From positions 13,353 through 77,352 of the forward strand of contig DASRRQ010000152.1 in the NCBI GenBank assembly GCA_035695505.1: a DNA stretch of 64,000 bases. The letters run 5' to 3'. Shown in pieces: positions 46,528 to 55,642 of this stretch. This stretch comes from Marmoricola sp. GTDB lineage: Bacteria; Actinomycetota; Actinomycetes; Propionibacteriales; Nocardioidaceae. How positions within the stretch are numbered: position 1 is the first letter of the stretch; each line of letters starts with the position of its first letter. The position numbers and the translations under genes are program-made. A model generated the notes under the pieces. It saw nothing but the letters and a program-made list of their open reading frames with translations, searched no databases and had not been told where the DNA came from.

Positions 46528-47331
46528 TCAGCGGCCCTTCCATTGGGGCTCGCGCTTCTCGGCGAACGCGATCGGGCCCTCCATCGCGTCCTCGCTCGTG
46601 AAGACCGCCATCATCGCGGCGTTGCTGGCCTCCCAGGCTGCCTCCTCCGACGGCACGGCGTACGTGCCGGGGTCGCCGAGGATCCCGGCCGCCACCCGCT
46701 TGCTGTACTGGACCGAGAGCGGGGCGTTGGCGGCGATCTTCGCGGCCAGCTCCATAGCTGTGGGGAGCACGTGATCGGGCTCCACGACCGCATTGACCAA
46801 CCCCCAGCGCAGGGCGTCGACCGCGGTGATCGGGTCGCCGGTGAGGATCAGCTGCATTGCGATCTTGGGCGGGATCTGCTCCGGCAGCCGCAGGACGCCG
46901 CCAGCCGCGGCGATCAGCCCGCGCTTGACCTCAGGGAGCCCGAAGCTCGCCGAGGAGGACGCGACCGCGAGGTCACTGGCCAGCACCAGCTCGGTGCCGC
47001 CGCCGAGGGCGTTGCCGTTGACTGCGGCGATCACCGGCTTGGCGATCGGGTGCTGCACCATCCCGGCGAAGCCCCAGGCCTCGGTGCCTGGCGGGTTCAG
47101 GCTCTCGCCGCGCGAGATCGCTTTCAGGTCAGCGCCCGCGCAGAAACTCTGGTCGCCGGCGCCAGTCAGTACGACGACCCGGATCTCGATGTCGGCATCG
47201 GCCTGCTCCAGCGCAGAGCCGAGGCCGAGGGTGAGATCGCCGTTGACGGCGTTGCGCGCTTCAGGCCGGTTCAGCGTGACGACCAGGACGTGGCCGTCCC
47301 GCTCGGTCAGGACAGCGGGGGTCTCGCTCAT
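46528..47331 (-). CDS. Enoyl-CoA hydratase/isomerase (crotonase)
   Basis: FCAGADLK, VNGNALGGGTEL, FGLPEVKRG. Confidence 0.92.
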   Translation of the reverse strand: MSETPAVLTERDGHVLVVTLNRPEARNAVNGDLTLGLGSALEQADADIEIRVVVLTGAGDQSFCAGADLKAISRGESLNPPGTEAWGFAGMVQHPIAKPVIAAVNGNALGGGTELVLASDLAVASSSASFGLPEVKRGLIAAAGGVLRLPEQIPPKIAMQLILTGDPITAVDALRWGLVNAVVEPDHVLPTAMELAAKIAANAPLSVQYSKRVAAGILGDPGTYAVPSEEAAWEASNAAMMAVFTSEDAMEGPIAFAEKREPQWKGR

Positions 47332-48251
47332 CGATGCTTCCTCTCCTCGGCGCGGTCGAGCTGCTCGAGCGCGCGGGCCTCGTCGACCTCATCGACGAAG
47401 GTACCGACGAGTGCGGTGAAATCCTCGGGCTTCTCGACCTGCGGCATGTGCCCGGTGTGGCGGAACAGGTGCGTACGCGCCCGTGGCAGCGCACTCGCCG
47501 CGGCCTGCAGATGCTTCGGCGGCAGGATCCGGTCGTCGTCGCCCCACACCACCAGCACCGGCAGCCCGGTAGCAGCCAGCCGGGCGAGCAGGTCCCGACG
47601 CCAGCCCGAGCGGACGCCGACGACCGGAGCGCCGAGGGTCGCGGCAGTCACGAGGAACGTCGCCCGGAAGTCGCGCTGGCGGGCGAGCGCGCCGGCGTGC
47701 TTGAGCTGTGCCGGTGTGGCCAGCGAGCGGTCGTGGAACAGGTCTCGAATCGTGTTGGCACCGGCCTCGCGAGCGCGGGGGCCGAACGTTCCGCGGAGGC
47801 CGGGGAGGCCGGCCAGGGCGCCGTAGGCCATCGGCAGTGCGGAGATGTTGACCTCGCTGCCGAACCCGATGCTGTTGACCAGGGTCACGCTCGCGACCCG
47901 CTCGGGATGCTCGACCGCCAACGTCATCGCCACCCCGCCACCGAGCGAGTTGCCCATGACGTGCACGGGCGCCGCGACGCCGGCCGCGTCGAGCAGGCCG
48001 GTCATCGTGCGTGCGAATGCGACGAGGCCGGGTCTGGCCGCACCGCGACGGCTGAAGCCGAAGCCCGGCAGGTCGGTACTGATCACCCGGTAGCCGCGCT
48101 CGGCGAGCAGGTCGTGGGAGTCGGTCCAGTCCTCGAGGCTGCGGGCGATGCCGTGGATCAGCAGGACCGGTACGCCGTCCGCGGGCCCGGAGTCCCGGAT
48201 CCGCAGCGGCACCCCGGCGACGTCGACCTCATACGCGTCGGCTGCTCTCAC
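47328..48251 (-). CDS. Alpha/beta hydrolase (esterase-like)
   Basis: HG oxyanion, DLPGFG, GNSLGG nucleophile, WGDDD, GHMP. Confidence 0.88.
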   Translation of the reverse strand: MRAADAYEVDVAGVPLRIRDSGPADGVPVLLIHGIARSLEDWTDSHDLLAERGYRVISTDLPGFGFSRRGAARPGLVAFARTMTGLLDAAGVAAPVHVMGNSLGGGVAMTLAVEHPERVASVTLVNSIGFGSEVNISALPMAYGALAGLPGLRGTFGPRAREAGANTIRDLFHDRSLATPAQLKHAGALARQRDFRATFLVTAATLGAPVVGVRSGWRRDLLARLAATGLPVLVVWGDDDRILPPKHLQAAASALPRARTHLFRHTGHMPQVEKPEDFTALVGTFVDEVDEARALEQLDRAEERKHR

Positions 48252-49753
48252 GCCGAGGCCTTCACCGCCGCCTGCGAGGACCGTCGGGCCGGGGTGAACT
48301 GCAGCGTCTTGTGCAGGTCGCGGCGCATCGTGGTGGCGGAGTCGAGCAGGTAGTTCTGGCGCACCCGCCATGCTCCGCGGTGCCCCTGCTGCGGCAGGTC
48401 GCCGAGGGCTCGCTGGACGTAGCCGGACGCGATGTCGAGCAGCGGGCGTCCCTCCAGCGCAACCTCGGGCACGGGCAGCACGGACGCGGCGTCGACCTTG
48501 TCCATCTCGTTGATGACCTTGCAGACCAGGCGCGAGGTCAGGTCACCGCGCAGAGTCCAGGACGCGTTGGTGTAGCCGACGCAGAGGGCGAAGTTCGGCA
48601 GGCCGGTAAGCATGCAGCCCTGCCAGACGAAGTTCTCGTGCAGGTCGACCTTCTCGCCGTCGACCGTTGGGACGATGCCGCCGAAGAGCTGGATCTTCAG
48701 GCCGGTGGCAGGCACGACGATGTCTGCCTCGAGCACCTTGCCGCTCTTCAGCTTGATGCCCTCGGGGACGAAGGTGTCGATGTGGTCGGTGACGACGTCG
48801 ACCTTGCCGCGGCGGATGGCCTTGAAGAGGTCAGCGTTCGGGACCGCGCAGACCCGCTGATCCCACGGGTTGTACGTCGGCGTGAAGTGCTCGGCGACCA
48901 TCGCCTCGTCCTTGAGGATCTTGGTCGTCATCCCGAGCAGCACCTTGCTGGCGAGCTTCGGCGCCCGCTGGCAGAACTGGTACACGCCAATCTGGTACGC
49001 GATGTTCTTCGTGCGCACGATCCGGTGGGCGACGCCCGCGGGAAGAGTGTTGCGCAGGGTGTCGGCGATCTTGTCCTTCTGCGGGACGACGCCGATCCAG
49101 GTGGGGCTGCGCTGCAGCATCGTGACGTGCGAGGCGTCCTCGGACATCGAGGGGACCAGCGTCACGGCGGTCGCACCGGAGCCGATGATCACGACCTTCT
49201 TACCGGTGTAGTCGAGGTTCTCGGGCCAGAACTGCGGCTTGACCACGAGGCCGTTGAAGTCATCGATGCCCGCGAAGTCCGGCTCATGGCCCTGGGCGTA
49301 GTCGTAGTAGCCCGAGCAGGCGTAGAGGAACGAGCAGGTCAGCGTGCGCTTGACCTTGCGCGAGCCGCTGGTGTCCTCGACGTTGACGGTCCAGGTCGAC
49401 GTCTCCGAGGACCAGTTCGCGCTGGTGACCTTGGTCCGGAACTGGACCTTGTCCTCGATGCCGAACTCCGCGGCTGTCGCCTTGATGTAGCGCAGGATCG
49501 AGGGACCGTCGGCGATCGCGTTCTCGTCGCTCCACGGCTTGAACGGGAAGCTCAACGTGAACATGTCCGAGTCCGAGCGGATGCCCGGGTAGCGGAACAG
49601 GTCCCAGGTGCCGCCGATGGACTCGCGTGCCTCGAGGATCGCGTAGGTCTTCTCGGGGCACTCGGTCTGGAGCCGGTAGCCGGCGCCGATGCCGGACAGG
49701 CCTGCGCCGACGACAAGGACGTCGAAATCGGGAGCAGTCTGGGGTGAGCTCAT
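48248..49753 (-). CDS. Flavin monooxygenase, EthA-like Baeyer-Villiger monooxygenase
   Basis: GAGLSG, GGTWDLFRYPGIRSDSD, GSGATA, PWDQR, ATG, GYTNASWTL. Confidence 0.9.
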   Translation of the reverse strand: MSSPQTAPDFDVLVVGAGLSGIGAGYRLQTECPEKTYAILEARESIGGTWDLFRYPGIRSDSDMFTLSFPFKPWSDENAIADGPSILRYIKATAAEFGIEDKVQFRTKVTSANWSSETSTWTVNVEDTSGSRKVKRTLTCSFLYACSGYYDYAQGHEPDFAGIDDFNGLVVKPQFWPENLDYTGKKVVIIGSGATAVTLVPSMSEDASHVTMLQRSPTWIGVVPQKDKIADTLRNTLPAGVAHRIVRTKNIAYQIGVYQFCQRAPKLASKVLLGMTTKILKDEAMVAEHFTPTYNPWDQRVCAVPNADLFKAIRRGKVDVVTDHIDTFVPEGIKLKSGKVLEADIVVPATGLKIQLFGGIVPTVDGEKVDLHENFVWQGCMLTGLPNFALCVGYTNASWTLRGDLTSRLVCKVINEMDKVDAASVLPVPEVALEGRPLLDIASGYVQRALGDLPQQGHRGAWRVRQNYLLDSATTMRRDLHKTLQFTPARRSSQAAVKASA

Positions 49754-49822
49754 CGGTGGTCCTCCTGGTAGCGGAGCCACCATCTTATTGACGAATGTTC
49801 AGTAGCGCTAGGGGGTGTGGCC

Positions 49823-50368
49823 CTACTCACCGATCCGGCCGTCGATCCGCTCGCGCAGGAAGTCTGCGTGCCCGTTGTGCCGGGCGTACTCCTCGACCAT
49901 GTGCACCAGGACCTCGCGCACCGAGACCTGGCCGCGCTCGTAGGCGACCGTATGGCTGAGATCCGCGGCGCCGGCGATATAGGAGTCGGTGAACGCCTGC
50001 TCCTGCGCCAGTCGCGCCCAAGCATCGTCGACGCACTCCTGAGTCCCGACGGCGTTGTCGAACTCGCCGTCCTCGTCGGCGTCGGTGCTGTAGAGGTGCG
50101 GCACATCCTCGCCGGCCAGCCGGCGCCGGAACCAGCCGCGCTCGACGTCGGCCAGGTGCCGCACCAGGCCGAGCAGCGACATCGTCGAGGGCTCGACCGA
50201 ACGACGTGCCAGCTGCTCGGGATCAAGACCGCTGCACTTCAGCTCCAGGGTCTGGCGCTGGTAGTGGAGGTACTCGACCAGGGTGCTCTTCTCGTCCCCG
50301 CTGCCGGTCGGCTCGGTGGCCCGGGGGTCCTGGTCGGCGGAGGTGAACATGTCAGCGCGTCGGGGCAT
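49823..50368 (-). CDS. DinB-family (DUF664) protein
   Basis: MSLLGLVRHLADVERGWF, HMVEEYARHNGHADFLRERIDG. Start 50368 or 50350. Confidence 0.88.
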   Translation of the reverse strand: MPRRADMFTSADQDPRATEPTGSGDEKSTLVEYLHYQRQTLELKCSGLDPEQLARRSVEPSTMSLLGLVRHLADVERGWFRRRLAGEDVPHLYSTDADEDGEFDNAVGTQECVDDAWARLAQEQAFTDSYIAGAADLSHTVAYERGQVSVREVLVHMVEEYARHNGHADFLRERIDGRIGE

Positions 50369-50421
50369 GCACCGATCATCACGCGGAGGGATGCCGCAGC
50401 GGAACTCTTGAAGACCGATCC

Positions 50422-50898
50422 TCAGCCCTCGACCGAGCCGCTCGCCGCCTCGATCACGCGGGTGAGCGCACCGTGCAGGGACCGGAGCTCGGAGAGCTCC
50501 ATGCCGAGCCGCTCGACGATGGCGCCGGGGATCTTCTCGGCCTCGGCGCGTAGGTCGCGGCCTTTCCCGGTCAGCGCGACGGCGAGCGACCGCTCGTCCC
50601 GGGCGTCCCGCTCGCGGGTGATCAGGCCGGAGGCATCGAGACGCTTGAGCAGAGGCGACAGCGTGGCCGGATCGAGCTGCAGCAGCCGGCTCAGCTCCTT
50701 GACCGAGAGCGGCTGGTGCTGCCAGAGGGCCAGCATCACCAGGTACTGCGGGTGGGTCAGGCCCATCGGCTCGAGCAGCGGTCGGTAGACCGCGACCACA
50801 CCGCGAGATGCCACGGTGAGGGCGAAGCAGACCTGCTCCTCCAGCGCGAGCGGGTCGGCGACCTCGGGCGGCTGCTTCGTTTTGGTCGGCGGTGCCAT
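50422..50898 (-). CDS. MarR-family regulator, OhrR-like
   Basis: LEEQVCFAL, LTHPQYLVMLALW, TLSPLLKRL, DER. Confidence 0.88.
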   Translation of the reverse strand: MAPPTKTKQPPEVADPLALEEQVCFALTVASRGVVAVYRPLLEPMGLTHPQYLVMLALWQHQPLSVKELSRLLQLDPATLSPLLKRLDASGLITRERDARDERSLAVALTGKGRDLRAEAEKIPGAIVERLGMELSELRSLHGALTRVIEAASGSVEG

Positions 50899-50931
50899 GA
50901 TTGATAGTGTACCAATCATTAGGGCACTAAC
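50897..50931. promoter_or_regulatory. AT-rich tandem palindromes, probable MarR operator
   Basis: ATGATTG-N9-CAATCAT, plus two 14-bp boxes GATAGTGTACCAAT and ATTAGGGCACTAAC with a 15-bp period. Confidence 0.6.
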
Positions 50932-50949
50932 GGTTATGAGGAGGATCAG

Positions 50950-51312
50950 ATGCCGACGAGCGACCAGCCGCGGGTTGCTAAGCACCTGATCGACCCCGCC
51001 AATCCGCCGCGCCGCCAGCGGCCCGAGGAGCGCGCGCAGGATCTCGCGAAGCTCAACAGGGTCCGGCAGTGGGTGATGTCGGCGCTGCTGGTGACGACGC
51101 TGTTCCACCTCGCCGTCGGCCTGATCATCGCGTCGCTGTTCGTGGACCATCACCGCGTCGACGCCCGGGTCGGGCTCAATGTTATCGCGGCGATCCTGCT
51201 GATCGCCGCCATCGGCGCCGCCCGGGTGATCCACCAGAAGAGCCCGCTCAGCATCTGGCTGGCGCTCGGCCTGGTGCCCTCCGCCGTAGGCCTGTACCTC
51301 GTCCTGCGCTAG
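50950..51312 (+). CDS. Small hypothetical membrane protein (about 3 TM)
   Basis: Strong GGAGG RBS and three hydrophobic segments; divergent from marR. Confidence 0.75.
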   Translation: MPTSDQPRVAKHLIDPANPPRRQRPEERAQDLAKLNRVRQWVMSALLVTTLFHLAVGLIIASLFVDHHRVDARVGLNVIAAILLIAAIGAARVIHQKSPLSIWLALGLVPSAVGLYLVLR

Positions 51313-51323
51313 CTCCTCACCCT

Positions 51324-51396
51324 GGTTTCGACAGTCTCAACCAACGGGGCCAGGTCCGCGCGTACCCCACCAACGCCGATTGAGCCTGTCGAAATC
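51324..51396. repeat. REP-like inverted pair, family B
   Basis: GGTTTCGACAGTCTCAACC ... GATTGAGCCTGTCGAAATC. Confidence 0.7.
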
Positions 51397-51467
51397 ACCC
51401 GGCCGCGCCAACCTGTGAATCCCGGACAAGTCCTCAGGCGGGCCGGGGCCTAGCCGATCGGAGCCGT

Positions 51468-51502
51468 GGGCGGCGCCGCGGAGGGAGGCCGCAGCGCCGC
51501 CC
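51468..51502. terminator. GC-rich hairpin downstream of the mce gene
   Basis: GGGCGGCGC...GCGCCGCCC stem between convergent genes. Confidence 0.45.
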
Positions 51503-51533
51503 GACACCTCGTTGCAGCGGTGAAGCCAGGCTT

Positions 51534-52805
51534 TCAGGAGGCGGGCTGCAGCAGCAGCGACTTCCAGGAGTCGTTGCCGTACAGGGCCTGCGCCCCGCCG
51601 GTGTAGACGACGTCGCTCGGCGTGGTCTGGTCGCTCCAGGTCAGCTTGCTGTTGTCCAGGTCGTACGTCGCGACCGGTGATCCCTCAGTGGTGCCGACCC
51701 GGGGTGCGTTCTGGGAGCCGCGGGCGTTGCCCTTCGAGGCCGGCTCGGTGCAGCCGGCGGTGGTGTCCATCGGCTTGTTCGATCCGTCGGTCGGCGAGCG
51801 CTCCTGGTCCTTGTGGTAGCCCTGCGTGCAGACAGCGGGCGTCTGGGTCAGGACGAGGCCGAAGCGGGCGTCGTAGCCATCTTGGTTCTTCGCGACCACG
51901 GAGAAGGCGCCGGCCACCAGATACGGGTAGATGACCAGGACCTGCCGCAGACCTGGAAGATGCCGGTCGATCACCTGGCCGGTAGTGACGAGGTTGTTGA
52001 TCAGCTGGCCGAGGTCGACCTTGTTCTCCTCGAGGAACGTCCGCAGCTCGTTGGCAGTCGCCGAGCCGTTGTCGATCAGTGCCCGCAGGGACTTGTCGTT
52101 GGCGGCGAGCGTGCCGCTGAACAGCGCCAGGTTCTTGGCGAAGCTCTTGATCGCATCACCCTTCGCGGCCTGCGTCCGCAGGACGGTGTTGGAGTCCCTG
52201 ATCAAGGCAGAGGTGACATCGAAGTTCGCGTTCGCGGTCTTGATGAAGGCGTTCGAGGTGTCGATGATCTGGGCGAGGTCGGGGCCAGTCCCCTTGAACG
52301 CCGCGCCGAGCTCGGAGACGACGGTGCGCAGGCTGTCCTGGGGCACCGAGGTGGTCAGCTTGTCGAGGTTGGTCAGGAGGTCGGTGGTCGAGACCGGGAC
52401 GCCGGTGTTGTCCGGCGTGATCACCGAGCCGTCCTTCAGGAAGGGGCCGGTCTTCTTGCGCGGCTCGAGGTCGACGAACTGCTCGCCGACGGCGGAGAGG
52501 TTGCCGACCAGCGCGAACGTGTCCGCGGGGATCTTGTTCTTCCACTTGTTGTCGATGTCGAGCTTGACGTCGACGCCGTTCTGGATCAGCACCATGTCGC
52601 CAACCTGGCCGACGCCGACGCCGCGGTAGGTCACCGCCGCTCCGGTGAAGATGCCACCGGACTGCGGGAAGTGGGCGTTCACCGTGTACGACGTGCTGTG
52701 CACCAGCCGGTCGAGGCGCGCGTAGCGTCCGCCGACGTAGGAGATGCCGAGCAGGGTGATGAACACGAACACCATCAGCTGGCGCTTGGTCCTGTTCGTC
52801 AGCAC
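51534..52805 (-). CDS. MCE-family protein (MceF-like), stand-alone
   Basis: N-terminal TM, SGGIFTGAAVTYRGVGVG, SAVGEQFVDL, helical body, C-terminal SWKSLLLQP. Confidence 0.88.
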   Translation of the reverse strand: MLTNRTKRQLMVFVFITLLGISYVGGRYARLDRLVHSTSYTVNAHFPQSGGIFTGAAVTYRGVGVGQVGDMVLIQNGVDVKLDIDNKWKNKIPADTFALVGNLSAVGEQFVDLEPRKKTGPFLKDGSVITPDNTGVPVSTTDLLTNLDKLTTSVPQDSLRTVVSELGAAFKGTGPDLAQIIDTSNAFIKTANANFDVTSALIRDSNTVLRTQAAKGDAIKSFAKNLALFSGTLAANDKSLRALIDNGSATANELRTFLEENKVDLGQLINNLVTTGQVIDRHLPGLRQVLVIYPYLVAGAFSVVAKNQDGYDARFGLVLTQTPAVCTQGYHKDQERSPTDGSNKPMDTTAGCTEPASKGNARGSQNAPRVGTTEGSPVATYDLDNSKLTWSDQTTPSDVVYTGGAQALYGNDSWKSLLLQPAS

Positions 52806-52956
52806 CTACGGGCTCCTTCGTGACTCGGGCCGCCCGCCTGCGTCGCGAGGCACTGAGGAAGGACCTGCACCAGCATCGCAGACATATCAGGACACACCTG
52901 CCCGAGGGGTGAAGATCACACCTAACTGGTCATCGAGGCGACGCCCGCAGCAGCGG

Positions 52957-53436
52957 TCATGAGGCCGTGAGGCGGACCTGGTCGAGCTCCCAGTAGGCCC
53001 GCATCGAGGTGATCCGGCCCTCCTCGTCGGTGCGGTAGACCGTCACCAGGTCGATCTCGGCGCGGGTGCCGTCGGCGAACGTCGTGGCGAAGGTGCCCTC
53101 CTGGGCCGAGGAGTCGCCGCTGGCGTACGACGTCCGGATCTCGACGTCGAACCGGGCCACCGGGCCGATCGCGACGTCCCAGAAATGCGCGATGCCCTCG
53201 GGCCCGTGGTGGCCGACGCCGTCGGGGTCAAAGAGCGAGGGGCCGACCGGGTCGAGGATCTCGCAGTCCGGAGCCCACAGGTCGAGCCAGCCCTGCCGGT
53301 CGCCGGCGATCGCGCACGCCAGGGCGGCCTGCTGGGCCCGGCGCGAGGGATGCGGCTCGTCGTTAGCGAGCCAGCTCAGGGTGCCAGGACGGGTGCCAGG
53401 ACGGGTGCCAGGACGGGTGCCGGCCGGTTCGGTCAT
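52957..53436 (-). CDS. NTF2/SnoaL-like (ketosteroid isomerase-like) protein
   Basis: WLDLWA, DPVGPS, GIAHFWD, GRITSMRAYW; TAGGCT-N7-ATG. Confidence 0.82.
   Translation of the reverse strand: MTEPAGTRPGTRPGTRPGTLSWLANDEPHPSRRAQQAALACAIAGDRQGWLDLWAPDCEILDPVGPSLFDPDGVGHHGPEGIAHFWDVAIGPVARFDVEIRTSYASGDSSAQEGTFATTFADGTRAEIDLVTVYRTDEEGRITSMRAYWELDQVRLTAS
53379..53421. repeat. 12-bp in-frame tandem repeat GGGTGCCAGGAC x3.6 (GTRP repeats)
   Basis: Exact copies at 53379, 53391 and 53403, with a partial copy at 53415. Confidence 0.85.
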
Positions 53437-53526
53437 GCCGCTGAGCCTACGGATCGTGTCCGCCAGATGGTCCTCCGCGCAGCCCGGTTTGACTTCGCGT
53501 GCACGCGAACTCCTACCGTCATGGAC

Positions 53527-54948
53527 ATGTCCGACGCCAGCCCCTCCCGCCGCTACCTGGTCCTCGGCATCTGCTGCGCCAGCATCGTGATCGTCGTCAT
53601 GGATATCTCGATCGTCAATGTCGCGCTGCCCTCGATCCGGCACGACCTGCACGCATCGGTGAGCAGCCTGCAGTGGACGGTCGACGCCTACACCCTGGTG
53701 CTCGCCAGCTTCTTGATGCTGGCCGGGTCGACGGCCGACCGGATCGGGCGCCTCCGGGTCTTCCAGACCGGGCTCGCCGCGTTCGGCGTCGGGTCGCTGC
53801 TGTGCAGCCTCGCGCCCGGGATCGGCTGGTTGATCGCCGCACGCGCGATCCAAGCCATCGGGGGCACCATGCTCAACCCGGTCGCGATGGCGATCATCGT
53901 CAGCACCTTCCCGGACCGGTCCGAGCGGGCCCGGGCGATCGGCGTCTTCGCGTCCATGTCCGGCCTCTCGCTGGCGCTGGGTCCGATCCTCGGGGGCGCC
54001 CTGGTCGACGCCTTCGGCTGGCGGTCGATCTTCTGGATCAACCTGCCGATCGTGGTCGCCGCGATCGTCCTCTCGGCGCTGTTCGTGCCCGAGTCGCGGG
54101 CGCCCCGCGCGCGCCGGTTCGACCCGGTCGGGCAGACGCTGGTGATCGTGGCGCTCGGCAGCCTGGTCTACGCGATCATCGAGTCGCGCCGCTACGGCTG
54201 GGACTCCCCGCTGATCATCGCGCTGCTCCTGGTCGCAGCCGCCGCTGTCGCGGCGATCAGGGTGGTGGAGCCCCGGCGTACGGACCCGCTGCTGGAGCTC
54301 CGCCTGTTCCGCAGTACGCCGTTCAGCGCCGCGATCCTGCTCGCGGTCTTCTCCTTCGCGGCGTTCGGGGCGTTCCTCTTCGTCACCACCCTCTACCTCC
54401 AAGACCTACGCGGGCTCTCGGCCCTGCGTGCCGGCCTGGTCTTGCTCCCGCTCGGTGCCTTGATCGTCGTGCTCGCTCCGGTCAGCGGCCGCTTCGTGGC
54501 GGGCCGTGGAGCCCGGATCCCGCTGGTTGTCTCCGGTGCCGCTCTTGCGGCCGGCGGCGCGACGTCCCTGCTGCTCGGCGCGCACACCCCCTGGATCGGC
54601 GTGATCGGCGTGTTCCTGCTGTTCGGAGTCGCCCAAGGGCTGATCAACCCGCCGATCACGAACACCGCCGTGTCCGGGATGCCAGCCTCGATGTCCGGAC
54701 TCGCGGCCTCGGTCGCCTCGACCGGGCGGCAGACCGGCATCACCTTGGGCGTCGCGATCGCCGGCACCATCGTCAGCTCGGCCGGCGCCTCGTCGTTCGC
54801 CGATGCCGAGAGCGGCGTGTGGTGGATGGTGATCGTTCTCGGCGTCGCCATCGCCGCGCTGGGAGTGCTCAGCAGCACCACCGCCGCGAAGGACAGTGCT
54901 ACTCGCGCGGCCGAGCTCTTCGACGAGCTCGATCTCGGCGCCCGCTGA
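53527..54948 (+). CDS. MFS drug:H+ antiporter (DHA2, 14-TM)
   Basis: DISIVNVALPSI, LQWTVDAY, DRIGR, WRSIFWINLP. Start 53521 or 53527. Confidence 0.9.
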   Translation: MSDASPSRRYLVLGICCASIVIVVMDISIVNVALPSIRHDLHASVSSLQWTVDAYTLVLASFLMLAGSTADRIGRLRVFQTGLAAFGVGSLLCSLAPGIGWLIAARAIQAIGGTMLNPVAMAIIVSTFPDRSERARAIGVFASMSGLSLALGPILGGALVDAFGWRSIFWINLPIVVAAIVLSALFVPESRAPRARRFDPVGQTLVIVALGSLVYAIIESRRYGWDSPLIIALLLVAAAAVAAIRVVEPRRTDPLLELRLFRSTPFSAAILLAVFSFAAFGAFLFVTTLYLQDLRGLSALRAGLVLLPLGALIVVLAPVSGRFVAGRGARIPLVVSGAALAAGGATSLLLGAHTPWIGVIGVFLLFGVAQGLINPPITNTAVSGMPASMSGLAASVASTGRQTGITLGVAIAGTIVSSAGASSFADAESGVWWMVIVLGVAIAALGVLSSTTAAKDSATRAAELFDELDLGAR

Positions 54949-54954
54949 GGCCGA

Positions 54955-55260
54955 CTACTCCGCCAGGTCCGCCGAAAGCGGCCAGCCGCCGGCCGCCAGG
55001 ACCGCAGAGACCCGGCGCAGGTCGTCGGGCGACGAGGCCTGGAATGCGTGCTCGCGGACCATCGTGGCGATGTCCTCGGCGGTGACCGCGGCACCTCCGG
55101 ACGCGAGCGCCAGATCGCCGGCGATCTCCATGATCTCCTCGTCGGTGAGGTTGCGGCGCAGGACGCCGAGCACCGGCGGGTAGTCCGAGGCCGGGATGCC
55201 CTCGGGGTAGCCCGCGCGCAGCCACTCCAGCATGCGGCGGACCGGTGAGGATGCGGTCAT
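54955..55260 (-). CDS. DUF3349 domain protein
   Basis: WLRAGYPEGIP..DYPP, LAAGGWPL. Confidence 0.85.
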   Translation of the reverse strand: MTASSPVRRMLEWLRAGYPEGIPASDYPPVLGVLRRNLTDEEIMEIAGDLALASGGAAVTAEDIATMVREHAFQASSPDDLRRVSAVLAAGGWPLSADLAE

Positions 55261-55312
55261 GGGTGCCTCTTCTCTGCGAGCACGGACTCGGCAATCACCG
55301 TGAGACGCTCGC

Positions 55313-55642
55313 TCACGTGGCGTGGATCTTCGGGATGACGTGGTTGAAGGAGATGTCCTTGCCCTGCCCGGAGGCGATCACGATCAGGATCCCACCGACG
55401 ACGACGTAGGCGACGATCACGAAGATCACCACCGCGATCGCGATCCCGAGCGGGTTGCCTGCGCGGCTGGTCGCGGAGCCGTTGCTGTCGACCTGCGCCT
55501 CGCCGCCGGCCCCGGAGGCGAGCGACCTGATGCCCACGGCGTACAGGGCGGGCAGACCGGCGCCGAGCACGAGCCCGGCGACCAGGACCTTCCAGATCGA
55601 GTCGAGGGCCAGGTGCACCTCGTGGCCGAACGTTCCCATCAC
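55313..55642 (-). CDS. Small two-TM membrane protein coupled to pit
   Basis: GLVLGAGLPALYAVG; GTGA overlap with the pit stop. Confidence 0.78.
   Translation of the reverse strand: MMGTFGHEVHLALDSIWKVLVAGLVLGAGLPALYAVGIRSLASGAGGEAQVDSNGSATSRAGNPLGIAIAVVIFVIVAYVVVGGILIVIASGQGKDISFNHVIPKIHAT

Noticed and set aside
49785-49805. Imperfect dyad TTATTGAC...TTCAGTAG upstream of the BVMO operon as a fourth TGACA-N7-TGTCA site
   Set aside because: It does not match the consensus. It may be a different operator, but it is single and too degenerate to call.
52905-52920. CRP-like site upstream of mce
   Set aside because: Only one TCACA half-site matches TGTGA-N6-TCACA.
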